Source: Candidatus Komeilibacteria bacterium RIFOXYD1_FULL_37_29 (GTDB lineage Bacteria; Patescibacteriota; Patescibacteriia; UBA1558; GWA2-36-10). Taken from it: a stretch of 64,000 nt of DNA. The DNA is taken from the NCBI GenBank assembly GCA_001818495.1, contig MHKS01000005.1, positions 250,038-314,037 on the forward strand, written 5' to 3'. Below, piece after piece: positions 1 through 10,834 of this stretch (the stretch's first letter is position 1; each line of letters opens with the position of its first letter). Position numbers and translations under genes: made by a program. The notes under the pieces are model-generated. The model saw nothing but the letters and a program-made list of their open reading frames with translations, did no database searches and was not told the DNA's origin.

Positions 1-1
1 A

Positions 2-3000
2 GCAACTATCTTTGCTGATAAAGTTTTTGCTCAAGAAGAATTTGGCATCAATGATTTAGCTGATGCTGGGATAGCCTTGGGCACCAGGTCGATTCAAGAG
101 ACCATTGCCGGAATTGTCAATGTATTTTTGGGATTTTTGGGGATACTGGCCACCTTGCTTATTTTGTACGCGGGCTATCTTTGGATGACATCTGCCGGTA
201 ATGCTGAAAAAGTAGCCAAAGCCAAATTATTAATAGCCAGTGCTGTTATTGGCTTGGTGATTATATTGTCGGCTTATGCTATTTCTAGATTTATATTGAG
301 TAGATTATATGAAGAGGCTGGACCAACTGGTCCGGGTGGTGATCCAGGACCTGGTCCGGGTGGATTACCCACTTGTGATGAGCCATTCAATTTAGAAGAT
401 CCTTTGGTCTGCTCTTTAAGTAGAGGTAGTGGACCAGTCGGCAGTGGTTTGACTATCCGCGGTTGGCATTTTGATACTGATAGTGATGGTAATCCTGGCG
501 TTGGTCGAGTAGAAATTGGTGGCGTGGTGGCTGAAGTAGTGGAGTGCGCCGGTTCAGCTATGTGGGATGATAGGCGAGTCAAGGTAAAAATTCCCGATGT
601 TTTAGATCCAGGAAATTATGAAGTTATTTTATATAATGATTTTGTACCAGGTTTAGCCAGTGTAGAAAATCCACATTTTGATTTTACGGTTCTGCCTGGA
701 GTAGCCTCTGTCAATATAGATTGTCTGGTGCCAGATGAAGAAGCTGTTTCAAACCTACCAATTAATGTTCAGATTTTAGGTAATGGTTTTACCGATACTC
801 AAGATAATGTATCTATGACCGCTTGGGTAGCGGGAGCAGAAACGCCAATTGATTTAGCTATTAATTCTTGGTCAGATTTGGAAATCAATGTGGCTGTGCC
901 AGTTGATGCTTTATCTAGTGATATAGTGGTTAGTGTGGGAGCTAGCTTTGACCAAGAATTTTTTAATGTTACTTGCGCTAATGATCCGGAGTGTTCTTCT
1001 GGCTGTTGTAGTGATAATTCTTGCGTTGATTTAGCGATTTGCCAAGGAGCTGATATCCCTGGAGCCAATGCCCCGGTCATACAATCCATATCTCCAGAAG
1101 ATGGAGAAGAAGGAAGTCTCGTTACTATTTTTGGTTATAATTTTGGTAATGACCCGGGGGCAGTTACTTTTGAAGGAGCCCCAGGAGATTTGCCATCGGT
1201 TTTAAGTGGTGGCGTTTGTATTGATGTTTGGACCAATGAATATATTGTGATGGGAGTACCAGCCGGAGCCAACGGAGTTTTAAATGTCGTAATTACTCAA
1301 GCAGCCGGGGCCGGAGGAGAAAGTAGCGATCCTTATCCTGGTTTTGATCGAAATGATATTGTCCGACCAGGTCTTTGTAGTCTTAGCACCGACGAGGGAC
1401 AATACGGCGATGTTTTAGCTATCAGTGGTATAAATTTTGCGGCGACTGACGAAGTTTATTTTGATACAGTCGTTAGTTATGATACCAATATAATTTCAGC
1501 CAACAATGCGACCGCTGAAGTGCCAAATGTAGTTGGTAATCTGGGTGTTAGTTTGCAAACAGTAGCTGATGTGGCTAGTAATTTTTTACCTTTTTCAGCC
1601 TTAGCGATTGGTGGGGGCGGACCAATTATTAGCGAGTTGTCTCCAGACAACGGACCGGTAGATTCTTATGTGACTATTATGGGTTCTAATTTTGGAGATA
1701 ACGTAGGTTTAGTTTTATTTGATCTAGACAATGACCCAGGCAATGGTAATGAAGTACCGGGTAGTTTTGATTTTCCGGTAGTTTGTGGTGATTATTGGTT
1801 TGACAATTATATTATTGTCAAAGTGCCGGCTGGTCCTTGGGTAATTGGTAATGATTATCCAATCAGAGTGCAAAGAAATCCCGACGGTGCTTTGAGTAAT
1901 GATTTTGATTTTACTATTACTGATGTTGAGCCGGGACCACAGATTTGTTCAGTCAGCCCAGACAATGGTCCAATAGGAAATTTGGTAACTATTTCGGGAG
2001 AAAATTTTGGACCAAATTTAGGTAACGTTTTATTTTATAATTCCGTACCAGCCGGAGCTATTGCTAATTGGAGCTCTAATCAGGTTTTTGGAGTAGAGAT
2101 TCCAGTCGGAGCAGTCACTGGCCCTTTGATAGTTAGAGATTCAGCCGGCAATGATAGCAACGGAGTAGCTTTTAGTGTTGGCGCTTGTAGCAATGACTTG
2201 CAATGCGGTGCGGATGTTTGTTGTCCTGGGGAAAATGGTAATTATTGTGCCGCATCCTGCGATATAGTTTTAAATGCTTGTGAATATACCTGGGAAGTTA
2301 GTACCCAAGCGGATCCTTTTGAACTTCATTATAACTATAGTTGTGTTAGTGGTCTTCAATCTCCAACTCCTTGGCCTGATGAGCATGAAGGCGTTGGTGC
2401 CGATGGATTTTTGGCTCCCCAATCATCTCTTGATGCTTTTATTGATACCAATATTTCCGCTTTATTTACTCGCAATGTGGAAGATGTAGATTTTAATACA
2501 AATAATGTAGAGGTGTGGGAGTGTGATGACGGCGCAGTATTTAATCCGGCTACTTGTACGGTTGAAATTTTTGACAATGATGGAATTTTGGAAATTATCA
2601 ATCACAATAGTGACCGAGAAGGTTTTACTTTTAATCCAGCTAATAATTTATTAGCCAATCATTGGTATCAAGTTCGTTTGGGAACATTTAATGCCGAAGT
2701 GGGGGCTGATAGCTGGACACCTGATCCAGTAAATGATGCTTGGCATTTTAAAACTAGGGACAGTGATGTAATGTGCGAGGTTTCTACAGTGGCTGTTACC
2801 CCACAGAGCCCACAGGCCAACATGTATCCTAGTCGAGAAAAGACTTTTACTGCTTCGCCTTTGGCTGATAATTGTAATATCTGCGGTGGAGATTATGATT
2901 GGCAGTGGTCTTTGGGTCCTGACCCAGCGCCGATAGCAGATTATGCTACTATTGTTGGGCCATTTATTAACATGAGTGTTAATCAGGGTTACACTAGGAT

Positions 3001-6000
3001 AGAAGGTGGTCCAATGTCCACACAGTTAGTCACTGATCCAAATCATATTACTTTAATAGCTGAGAATTCTAATTATGGAATATCCGGTGAGTCTTATCCA
3101 ATTATCTTGGCGCCAATTTTAAGAGTAGAAGATAATGTGCCATCTTGTAGTGACTCTTGTACCAATGTAGCAGTCTGGGCAGATTTTAATACAGTGTTGA
3201 GTGGACCATTAAATATAAATGATTTTGCTATCTATCAATGTCTGGATGCTGATTGTAGTGGCTGGGACATTGGTACAAATTATACTAATAATTTAGACTC
3301 TTACGAAGTGCCGGGTGATGGAGTATATCGGGTGGATATTTTGCACGATCCTTTACCAGCCAATGAAAACTATATTGTTATTATTGATGAAACAGTCACC
3401 AATGTTCATGGTTATCCATTGGGATTGGATTATACTTGGGATTTTGGTGTTAGTGATACTAATTGTAGCATCACGGGCGCAGATATTTTGCCAGATAATT
3501 ATACAGCCAACTCTTTAAGCAATATTAATTATCGGGGCTATGCTTTGGCCAATGCTGGCTCTTGCGGTACCCAAGCTATCCAATGTGAAAATTGTCTTTG
3601 GAATTGGAGCAGTAGTAATCCAGCTATCGCTACTATTTTACCAGGCGGAGCAGGAGAACGGACAGTGCCGGCTACGCCAATAGCCAATGGCAATACTAAT
3701 ATAAATTTGGAAATTGATGGTACTCTCTTGGGACTTGGCTCAGCCAACAACAGCACACCTTTGACAGTAGATGTAGCTGGAGCAGATGTAGATTTTACCG
3801 AATTATCCGTTGATAATTATTTCCCCAATTGTGGCGCTTGTACCAATTCTATTGCCGAAGTTTGGTTTAATTCCAATTTGCAATTAGCTACGGTTAATAA
3901 TAATAGCGTCAGAATTTTTGATATTACCGACGGAGTTTATGATAATTCTGGTGTAACAGTTATTGCTAATAGGCATGTGATTTTAGATCATGGGCTATTT
4001 GATTTAGGACATGATTATCGAATTGAAGTAACCGACACAGTTTTAAATAGTAGTAACGATAATATTTTAGGCGGTTGGCAATCGCCAGTGATTACTATTG
4101 AAAATGATGGTTGTCTAGCTGATGCAGCCTGGGTTGATCCAGTGGTGGCTACCGCTGGCGCCAGTGATGCTATAGCTTATCGGGCTGTCACTACGTATGA
4201 TTCTCCAACTTGCGGACCAGCGCCGGTTGATTGTGACAGCTGTACCTTTGATTGGTTAAACAACGCTTTGGGTAGTTTCAATCAAACTGATGTTCAGTAT
4301 CCTATTTTTATGACCTTGGCTAATGTCAATGATGGTGATAGTGCTGTGATGACTTTAAATGTTTGGGAAGGCGCCAACGTTTTGCCAGTCACTGACGGAA
4401 CATTAAATATAGATCTTAGTATTGATGGTGGTAATTCTTTAAATATTATAGATAGTTGGCCGGATTGTGACGGTGCTTGTGATAATTCTCAGGTGGGAGT
4501 CAGGTTTAATACAGCTATAGACGAAACTACTTTGGGCGGTCAATATTCTATCACCGATGTTACCATTGGGGCAGTAGTAACTAGTGGCTATACACTTACC
4601 GGAGGGGACAGAACTTTGATTATAGAACATTTACCTTTGGTTTTGGGTCATGATTATGCGGTGCTGGTTAGTCAGGGCATCGCCAATGTTGATGGTAATT
4701 CTTTGCCAGGGCCGTTTAGTTTTGATTTTACAGTTGGTGAGGCAGAATGTCAGATTACCTCAGTCAATGTTGAGCCGGCTAGTACTACAGCTGTAGCTAG
4801 CCAGGGCATTACTTATAATGTAGAAACTTTGGCCAATACTGTGGCTTGCGGTAATTTGCCAGTTTATTGTGATAGTTGTACTTACAGTTGGTCTGATTTA
4901 CCTGACTTGGGAGCTTTTAATAATGCTACTTTACAAAATCCAATTTTTACCACGTCTCCAGCAGTGGTTAATGGTGATATCATCACTATTGAAGCTGATG
5001 TAGTAGACCAAGGAACTTTGTTTGAAGACAGTGGACAAATAAATATAGTGATTGGTCCAGCAATAAATCCAACGGTTAACTTAATAGGATTTTTCCCGCC
5101 AGATGAAATCTTAATGTGTATCAATGCCGTCCCATATTTCGAATTTGATATTAGTAATGGTGATTTGGATAGGCAGAGTTTGATAGACCAGGCGATTTTC
5201 TTAGAGATAGATGGCACACCAGTTAGTTTTTCAGTGAGATTTTTAGAGTTAAATCCAGGCATTTTATCAGCTATTTACGAGCCAGCTAATGTTTTGGATA
5301 GGGGTACCATTTATTTTTTCGGTTTTATTAACTTAGGACAAGTCAGAGCCGAAGGTGGTGGGCCAGTGGGTGTCAATTTACCAGAACCTTTAAATAATCA
5401 TCTAGGTAATCTCGGCAGATTTTTAATGACCTTAGATGAGGAGTGTCCTATTCAGCATGTAGAAATTTATCCGGCAGCAGATTCTTTTACTTGTATAGAT
5501 AACAATGGTTGTGATGATGATGAGGGGGCTATGATCGGTAACCAGCATTTATACCAGAGTGTAGTCTATGATATTCAAAATAATATACTAGGACAAGCTC
5601 TTTCTACTTATGCTTGGTCCTCTAGTGATAATAATATAGTTGACCCAGAAAGTTTGAATGATCCGGAAATTTTAGGCACAGCTGGGGAAAATGGTATTGC
5701 CCATTTGAATTTAGAAGTTTTCCTAAATACTGATCCAGCTGATGTTTTTAATACTAATAATACAGTGGAGGTAAATACCTGTCAGAATCCTTGGCCAAAT
5801 TTGGCTACTTATCCCTGGAATGACAATACTTTGCCGGATATGAATTTCTCCACTTATTATTGTGAAGAATATGGAATACCAGGCGAAACGATTTTGCCAC
5901 ATATGGATATTCCAAATATTATAAATTCTCCAGATCCCAATGTCATTAGAGAATACATTACTACGATTGAATATCCAATGGCTTTAAATGGGGCTAGTTC

Positions 6001-9000
6001 TTATCTTGGTTCTTTGGCTTATAATGAAAAATCAAACGATGATTCTTGGGCCAAAAAGTTAGTAGCTTTATTTAAACCAGTCAGGGCTAACAGCCAAGGT
6101 AATCCGACAGTTGATATTATCGCTTTTAGAGTCATGAATAATTCAGAGCATCTTTCTATAATCGATTGGTATACCAAAAATGCTCCCAATCCAGAAGGTG
6201 GACAAACTATAACTATCAACGGTTACGAAGCCATGCAAGTCGGCGCTTCAATCTATATAGCGGCCACCAATATTGAAGGTGGAACAATTTATACCAATGT
6301 CTATATAATTGCTCATAATATTGGAGCCAATGCTACGACTTTAGAAATTTATAATCAGTTAGTTGAAAATTTCAAATTAAATGTTAATATTGGTACTACT
6401 TTGGCTGGTACCTGTAATGGTCAGACATCTTTATCGTGTTCTAGTGATTTTGACTGCCCAAATTATTGTGATAATTTTGCTGATAATAATCAGGCCGATT
6501 GTCTAGCCAGTGGCTCAAATTGGCTACCTGATAGTTGTGATGCCTCACTTCTAAAATTGCGTCGGGATACCAAGCGTCTCAGTGATTTGGTTAATATCAA
6601 TGAAGCTGTTTTAGCTTACGGAGAAATGCATAAAGCTTGTGCTAACAACAGCTTGATTTCTTGTCAAAATTCTTCCAATTGTCCGAGCGGGGCAGCTTGT
6701 GTGCCATATTATCCACCTTTAAATTCTGGAACGTATCTAAATGGATCTTCCAATACTCGCTGGCCGTCCTGGCAAGAAACTTTGTCCGGCACTTTGGGCT
6801 ATTCTTTGCCAGAAGATCCAATCAATTTATTTAATGGTTGTAATGATCCTTATAATCCTGAGACTTGTTGGGATGAACAGGCTTTGGAATTTATCTGTCC
6901 AGCCAATTCTTTGGTCTATATGTATAACATCGGGGGCATTGGACAGTCTTACTATTTGGGGGCAAAATTTGAATTTGATATGCAAAATCCTGCCCCGCCA
7001 GTTACTTTTGTTAATAATTTAAATAATCCAGTCACTATGGATTTGGATATCAATACTCCATATTGTGATGCTATTGTGTTAAATCCTCCGGGAGCTTCAG
7101 CTAGCCCCTATTGTGGTAACGGTGTGATTGATAATGATTACTGTACTGAGCCTGTTTATAATAATCAGGCCGCTTGTCTAGCCGCTGGTGCAGATTGGAT
7201 TGTCAGTGAAGAGTGTGATAACGAATTTTGGAGATTTGCTTGTTCAGAGTCTCCGCCAACTGCTAATCCAGCTATACCAACAGTCGGCAACCATGAATGG
7301 TGGAGAGAGCAGACCATTGGTTGTAATCCTCCTGGAACTATCAATAGTACCGGAGAATTGATTGAATGTACTTGGTATAGACCAAGTCCGCCAATTATTG
7401 CCTCTCAATGTGGCGGTTATTGCGGTGATGGAACTCGCCAGCCTTATTATGAAAGATGTGATGGAGGCTTACCAGCTGAACCTTATCATTGTGCTGAGGC
7501 CGGAGTAAACCCATATTGTGCCGATTGTCAGGTGCTTTGTAACAATGGCACAAATATTTATCCAGCTGCTTTATGTGGTGATGGTATTTGGTCACAACCA
7601 ACAGAACAATGTGATCCAACAGCCAACCCAAACGGTAATGCTGGTTGGGATTGTACGGATGGCGGTAACATTGGTTGTAGTAATAGTTGTCAAAGAACTT
7701 GTACAGTAGGTACTCCTTATCCAGGACTTTGTGGTGATGGTTCTTTTAATCCATTAAATGAAGAATGTGATTATTCTAACTACAGTGCACCACTACCAAT
7801 AAATTCTAGCGCCATAGCTAGTTACAGCTGTACTTTATTTTGTGAGATGAATGGTGAATTTTGTGGTGATGGTGTAGCTCAGTATGAATATCAAGAACTA
7901 TGTGATTGGAATGGAGGATCTTATACCAGTCCCACACCATTATTTTCTGATGAATTTCATCAATATGGTTGTCGGGAAAATGGTTTTTATACAGCTTTAA
8001 ATGGAGCAGACTATGGTGCTTGTACAGCTACTTTGGACGGTTGGTGCGGTGACGGTAATATTCAGGACGGTGTAACATTCCCAGATTATGGAGAAGAGTG
8101 TGATCCGGGAGCACCTTGGGATGAAATAGATCAAAACCCTCCACCACCACTGCCGGAAAATAGTAGTATCAACAATCAGTATTCTTGTGATATTGATTGT
8201 GTGGGCAGAATCGGTGGCTATTGTGGCGATAATGCGGCCAATGAACCATTTGAAATTTGTGACGGCTCAGATTATCCAACCAGGCCAATACCATTTTTCT
8301 CTGGACCAAACAATACTTATGCCTGTGATGCTGATTGTAGTGGTGGGGCAGTAGGTGGTGGCTGGTGTGGCGATGGTACCAAAAATAGCAATTATTACGA
8401 AGCCTGTGATTGGGGTATTGAGGGTGCTCAAGATGCAGACAATTATCCATGGCCCCGGGGAGCTAGCTTGAGTAATTTCTCCAGTGAAATGAATCAGTAT
8501 GTTTGTAGCTCCTGTGTAAATTTTGGTGGCTATTGCGGTAACGGTGTAGTGGATGGTGCTTGCACAGTCAATTGTACTGATTGCGATCAAAATAATAATA
8601 ATTGTCAGAGCTCAGTTGGCTGCACTGCCTTTCAGTGTACCTCCAAGAGTGGCACTTTCTTCCCTTATGAGCAGTGCGATAGCGGTTATGACCCGGCCTA
8701 TTTGGTCAATAAAAATGTCGATATTGTTTACATATTTGATACTTCTGGATCTATGAGTGGAGCGGCTGCCCAATTATGTCAATCTACTGCTACAGTAGTT
8801 AACACCTTAAATACTGAGCATCCAGATATAAATTATCGTATTACTATTTTCCCAATGGGCGATGGCGACGGTACAGATGGAGTGGGTTATGAACTGACAG
8901 CTACGGAAACTGATAATATTCAATATTTTTTTGAGTTAGAAAACGGAGAAGGTACTACAGAACCATGGTACGATGAAGTTTTCGATGCCTTGTATTCCAA

Positions 9001-10813
9001 TTGTCCGCAACTGGTCAATCCGGTTACGGGAGCCACTGTTGATCCAAAAATTAGATATCGTAGCTTATACGATGACGCTACCAACGATATTGATGACCCA
9101 GTTGATATCTATGCCGGTGATACAGTTAATGAATTTTGTCCAGCATATGATGCTACAGAGAATTGGGGTTATGATGTCAAGAGAATAGCCGAGGATTATA
9201 ATTGGCTAGAGGGTTATCATAGAATTATTGTACCGGTCAGCAATGAACACGCTGTTTGTGGAGGACAAGGGGGTGCCAGCGCCAACGAAAATTTTGTTGA
9301 GGTTGATGGAATTTATGATATTTTAGCTGAAGCAGTTAGAGCGGCTAAAATTGATCCATCTAATCCAGTCTTTATAAACCCAGTTTTATGGGGAGCTTCG
9401 GGTATTACGACCATTGGTAGCGCCATTGCTGATGCTACTGGTGGACAATTTACTAGCAATACAGCTGGCTGGGAAGTCCAAACCCTTCAAGTAATCAACT
9501 CTACTATTTGTGATGGCGTCGGCGGTGGTGCTGACGGCAATGATCCAGACGGTCATATGGATTGTGTTTTAGACGACACCTGGGTTCCAGCTGAACCGCC
9601 ACCAGCTCCACCTTGTCGTGTCGAAGGACAATCTTGTAGTTTTATTCCTTGTTGTGCTGGACCGGGACTATTTTGTAATGCTTCTCAAGTTTGTGAAGCG
9701 CCAGCTATACCGCCACCAATGATTACTAGTCCACTGACTGCTAGTGGAGCACCTAGTCAGCCATTTACTTATACTATCACCGCCACCAACAATCCCACTT
9801 CATATGGCGCGGCCAATTTACCAGCTGGTTTATCAATCAATACCACTACTGGCGTGATATCGGGCAGTACGGCTGTTTTGGGAACACGCCTAGTCACTAT
9901 CACGGCTACCAATGCTACTGCAACAGACAGCGAAACCCTCAATCTGACTATTGCCGCAGTCCCTGTTATTACTAGCCCCCTAGCTGCCACCGGAACAGCT
10001 AATCAGCCGTTTACTTATACTATTACCGCTACCAATAATCCTACTAGCTTTAACGCTGAGCCATTCTTACCTCAAGGATTATCTATAAATTTAGCCACCG
10101 GAGTAATTTCTGGTGCTACAGCGACTGTGGGGGTACACAATATTACTATTAGTGCCAGCAATAATATCGGTAGTGATTCAGAAACTTTGGTTATTACTAT
10201 TTTGGCGCCTATACCAGTTATTACTTCTCCTTTGACGGCTACTGTGCCAGTTGGCCAGGCTTTTACCTATACTATTACCGCTAGTGGTAACCCTACCAGT
10301 TTTAATGCCGTTGGTTTACCAGCCGGGCTATCTGTAAATACTACTAGTGGTGTAATATCAGGTACGCCAACCATCGCCGGAACCTACAATGTTACTATTA
10401 GCGCTACCAACGGCAGTGGCACCGGTTCAGCTACTTTGGTTTTGACTGTGACGTTAAGCGCGCCAGTCATTACTAGCGCCAATACAGCCACAGCCACACT
10501 AACCAGGTTTTTCGGTTATTTGATTACTGCTACCAACAGTCCAAGCACCTTTAATGCCGTTGGTTTACCAGCCGGACTATCTATTGATACTAATACTGGT
10601 GTAATATCAGGTATTCCGACAGCTACTGGTGTTTACAGTGTCACTATTAGTGCCACTAATGCCGCTGGTACTGGTACTAGCGTATTAACTATTACGGTTA
10701 ATAATTGTAGTGGTGCTAATCAAGCTTGTAGCGCTACTCAACTTTGTTGTTCAGGAACATCTTGTAGTGGTGGTACTTGTTCAATTGTTTCTGATCGAGA
10801 AAGCTCGTTCTAA
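2..10813 (+). CDS. Giant (>3578 aa) secreted/anchored multidomain surface protein. N-terminal T4SS-pilin-like (TrbC/VirB2, PF18895-type) double-TM anchor, Pro/Gly linker, IPT/TIG-like repeats, Cys-rich CGDG repeats, vWA domain, C-terminal tandem Ig-like (He_PIG-type) repeats. Truncated at the 5' edge of the window.
   Basis: The reading frame is open from nt 2 to the stop at 10813. The ORF-track start at 77 is a TTG. The segment 'VFAQEE...' at nt 20-40 looks like the end of a signal peptide, so the true start is upstream of the window. The N-terminus (LGTRSIQETIAGIVNVFLGFLGILATLLILYAGYLWMTSAGNAEKVAKAKLLIASAVIGLVIILSAYAI) matches the CPR pilin-like two-helix pattern. Repeated G..V.I.G.NFG motifs (TIG-like). 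A vWA MIDAS motif DIVYIFDTSGSMSG sits near nt 8715. Many CGDG...EECD Cys repeats at nt 7400-8700. Five or six roughly 95-aa repeats ITSPLTA.G..QPFTYTITATNNPTSFNA..LP.GLS at nt 9715-10690. Confidence 0.85.
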   Translation, partial: ATIFADKVFAQEEFGINDLADAGIALGTRSIQETIAGIVNVFLGFLGILATLLILYAGYLWMTSAGNAEKVAKAKLLIASAVIGLVIILSAYAISRFILSRLYEEAGPTGPGGDPGPGPGGLPTCDEPFNLEDPLVCSLSRGSGPVGSGLTIRGWHFDTDSDGNPGVGRVEIGGVVAEVVECAGSAMWDDRRVKVKIPDVLDPGNYEVILYNDFVPGLASVENPHFDFTVLPGVASVNIDCLVPDEEAVSNLPINVQILGNGFTDTQDNVSMTAWVAGAETPIDLAINSWSDLEINVAVPVDALSSDIVVSVGASFDQEFFNVTCANDPECSSGCCSDNSCVDLAICQGADIPGANAPVIQSISPEDGEEGSLVTIFGYNFGNDPGAVTFEGAPGDLPSVLSGGVCIDVWTNEYIVMGVPAGANGVLNVVITQAAGAGGESSDPYPGFDRNDIVRPGLCSLSTDEGQYGDVLAISGINFAATDEVYFDTVVSYDTNIISANNATAEVPNVVGNLGVSLQTVADVASNFLPFSALAIGGGGPIISELSPDNGPVDSYVTIMGSNFGDNVGLVLFDLDNDPGNGNEVPGSFDFPVVCGDYWFDNYIIVKVPAGPWVIGNDYPIRVQRNPDGALSNDFDFTITDVEPGPQICSVSPDNGPIGNLVTISGENFGPNLGNVLFYNSVPAGAIANWSSNQVFGVEIPVGAVTGPLIVRDSAGNDSNGVAFSVGACSNDLQCGADVCCPGENGNYCAASCDIVLNACEYTWEVSTQADPFELHYNYSCVSGLQSPTPWPDEHEGVGADGFLAPQSSLDAFIDTNISALFTRNVEDVDFNTNNVEVWECDDGAVFNPATCTVEIFDNDGILEIINHNSDREGFTFNPANNLLANHWYQVRLGTFNAEVGADSWTPDPVNDAWHFKTRDSDVMCEVSTVAVTPQSPQANMYPSREKTFTASPLADNCNICGGDYDWQWSLGPDPAPIADYATIVGPFINMSVNQGYTRIEGGPMSTQLVTDPNHITLIAENSNYGISGESYPIILAPILRVEDNVPSCSDSCTNVAVWADFNTVLSGPLNINDFAIYQCLDADCSGWDIGTNYTNNLDSYEVPGDGVYRVDILHDPLPANENYIVIIDETVTNVHGYPLGLDYTWDFGVSDTNCSITGADILPDNYTANSLSNINYRGYALANAGSCGTQAIQCENCLWNWSSSNPAIATILPGGAGERTVPATPIANGNTNINLEIDGTLLGLGSANNSTPLTVDVAGADVDFTELSVDNYFPNCGACTNSIAEVWFNSNLQLATVNNNSVRIFDITDGVYDNSGVTVIANRHVILDHGLFDLGHDYRIEVTDTVLNSSNDNILGGWQSPVITIENDGCLADAAWVDPVVATAGASDAIAYRAVTTYDSPTCGPAPVDCDSCTFDWLNNALGSFNQTDVQYPIFMTLANVNDGDSAVMTLNVWEGANVLPVTDGTLNIDLSIDGGNSLNIIDSWPDCDGACDNSQVGVRFNTAIDETTLGGQYSITDVTIGAVVTSGYTLTGGDRTLIIEHLPLVLGHDYAVLVSQGIANVDGNSLPGPFSFDFTVGEAECQITSVNVEPASTTAVASQGITYNVETLANTVACGNLPVYCDSCTYSWSDLPDLGAFNNATLQNPIFTTSPAVVNGDIITIEADVVDQGTLFEDSGQINIVIGPAINPTVNLIGFFPPDEILMCINAVPYFEFDISNGDLDRQSLIDQAIFLEIDGTPVSFSVRFLELNPGILSAIYEPANVLDRGTIYFFGFINLGQVRAEGGGPVGVNLPEPLNNHLGNLGRFLMTLDEECPIQHVEIYPAADSFTCIDNNGCDDDEGAMIGNQHLYQSVVYDIQNNILGQALSTYAWSSSDNNIVDPESLNDPEILGTAGENGIAHLNLEVFLNTDPADVFNTNNTVEVNTCQNPWPNLATYPWNDNTLPDMNFSTYYCEEYGIPGETILPHMDIPNIINSPDPNVIREYITTIEYPMALNGASSYLGSLAYNEKSNDDSWAKKLVALFKPVRANSQGNPTVDIIAFRVMNNSEHLSIIDWYTKNAPNPEGGQTITINGYEAMQVGASIYIAATNIEGGTIYTNVYIIAHNIGANATTLEIYNQLVENFKLNVNIGTTLAGTCNGQTSLSCSSDFDCPNYCDNFADNNQADCLASGSNWLPDSCDASLLKLRRDTKRLSDLVNINEAVLAYGEMHKACANNSLISCQNSSNCPSGAACVPYYPPLNSGTYLNGSSNTRWPSWQETLSGTLGYSLPEDPINLFNGCNDPYNPETCWDEQALEFICPANSLVYMYNIGGIGQSYYLGAKFEFDMQNPAPPVTFVNNLNNPVTMDLDINTPYCDAIVLNPPGASASPYCGNGVIDNDYCTEPVYNNQAACLAAGADWIVSEECDNEFWRFACSESPPTANPAIPTVGNHEWWREQTIGCNPPGTINSTGELIECTWYRPSPPIIASQCGGYCGDGTRQPYYERCDGGLPAEPYHCAEAGVNPYCADCQVLCNNGTNIYPAALCGDGIWSQPTEQCDPTANPNGNAGWDCTDGGNIGCSNSCQRTCTVGTPYPGLCGDGSFNPLNEECDYSNYSAPLPINSSAIASYSCTLFCEMNGEFCGDGVAQYEYQELCDWNGGSYTSPTPLFSDEFHQYGCRENGFYTALNGADYGACTATLDGWCGDGNIQDGVTFPDYGEECDPGAPWDEIDQNPPPPLPENSSINNQYSCDIDCVGRIGGYCGDNAANEPFEICDGSDYPTRPIPFFSGPNNTYACDADCSGGAVGGGWCGDGTKNSNYYEACDWGIEGAQDADNYPWPRGASLSNFSSEMNQYVCSSCVNFGGYCGNGVVDGACTVNCTDCDQNNNNCQSSVGCTAFQCTSKSGTFFPYEQCDSGYDPAYLVNKNVDIVYIFDTSGSMSGAAAQLCQSTATVVNTLNTEHPDINYRITIFPMGDGDGTDGVGYELTATETDNIQYFFELENGEGTTEPWYDEVFDALYSNCPQLVNPVTGATVDPKIRYRSLYDDATNDIDDPVDIYAGDTVNEFCPAYDATENWGYDVKRIAEDYNWLEGYHRIIVPVSNEHAVCGGQGGASANENFVEVDGIYDILAEAVRAAKIDPSNPVFINPVLWGASGITTIGSAIADATGGQFTSNTAGWEVQTLQVINSTICDGVGGGADGNDPDGHMDCVLDDTWVPAEPPPAPPCRVEGQSCSFIPCCAGPGLFCNASQVCEAPAIPPPMITSPLTASGAPSQPFTYTITATNNPTSYGAANLPAGLSINTTTGVISGSTAVLGTRLVTITATNATATDSETLNLTIAAVPVITSPLAATGTANQPFTYTITATNNPTSFNAEPFLPQGLSINLATGVISGATATVGVHNITISASNNIGSDSETLVITILAPIPVITSPLTATVPVGQAFTYTITASGNPTSFNAVGLPAGLSVNTTSGVISGTPTIAGTYNVTISATNGSGTGSATLVLTVTLSAPVITSANTATATLTRFFGYLITATNSPSTFNAVGLPAGLSIDTNTGVISGIPTATGVYSVTISATNAAGTGTSVLTITVNNCSGANQACSATQLCCSGTSCSGGTCSIVSDRESSF

Positions 10814-10834
10814 TATTAAGCTTTAATAATATTT

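Noticed and set aside
274-10000. Multiple 60-130-aa antisense or alternate-frame ORFs inside the giant gene (e.g. 274..582 -, 4882..5262 -, 8267..8590 -, 9769..9990 -)
   Set aside because: They are embedded in a continuous 10.7-kb coding frame with strong repeat and domain structure. Their compositions (Pro/Thr/Ser/His runs) are typical of out-of-frame translation of repeat DNA.
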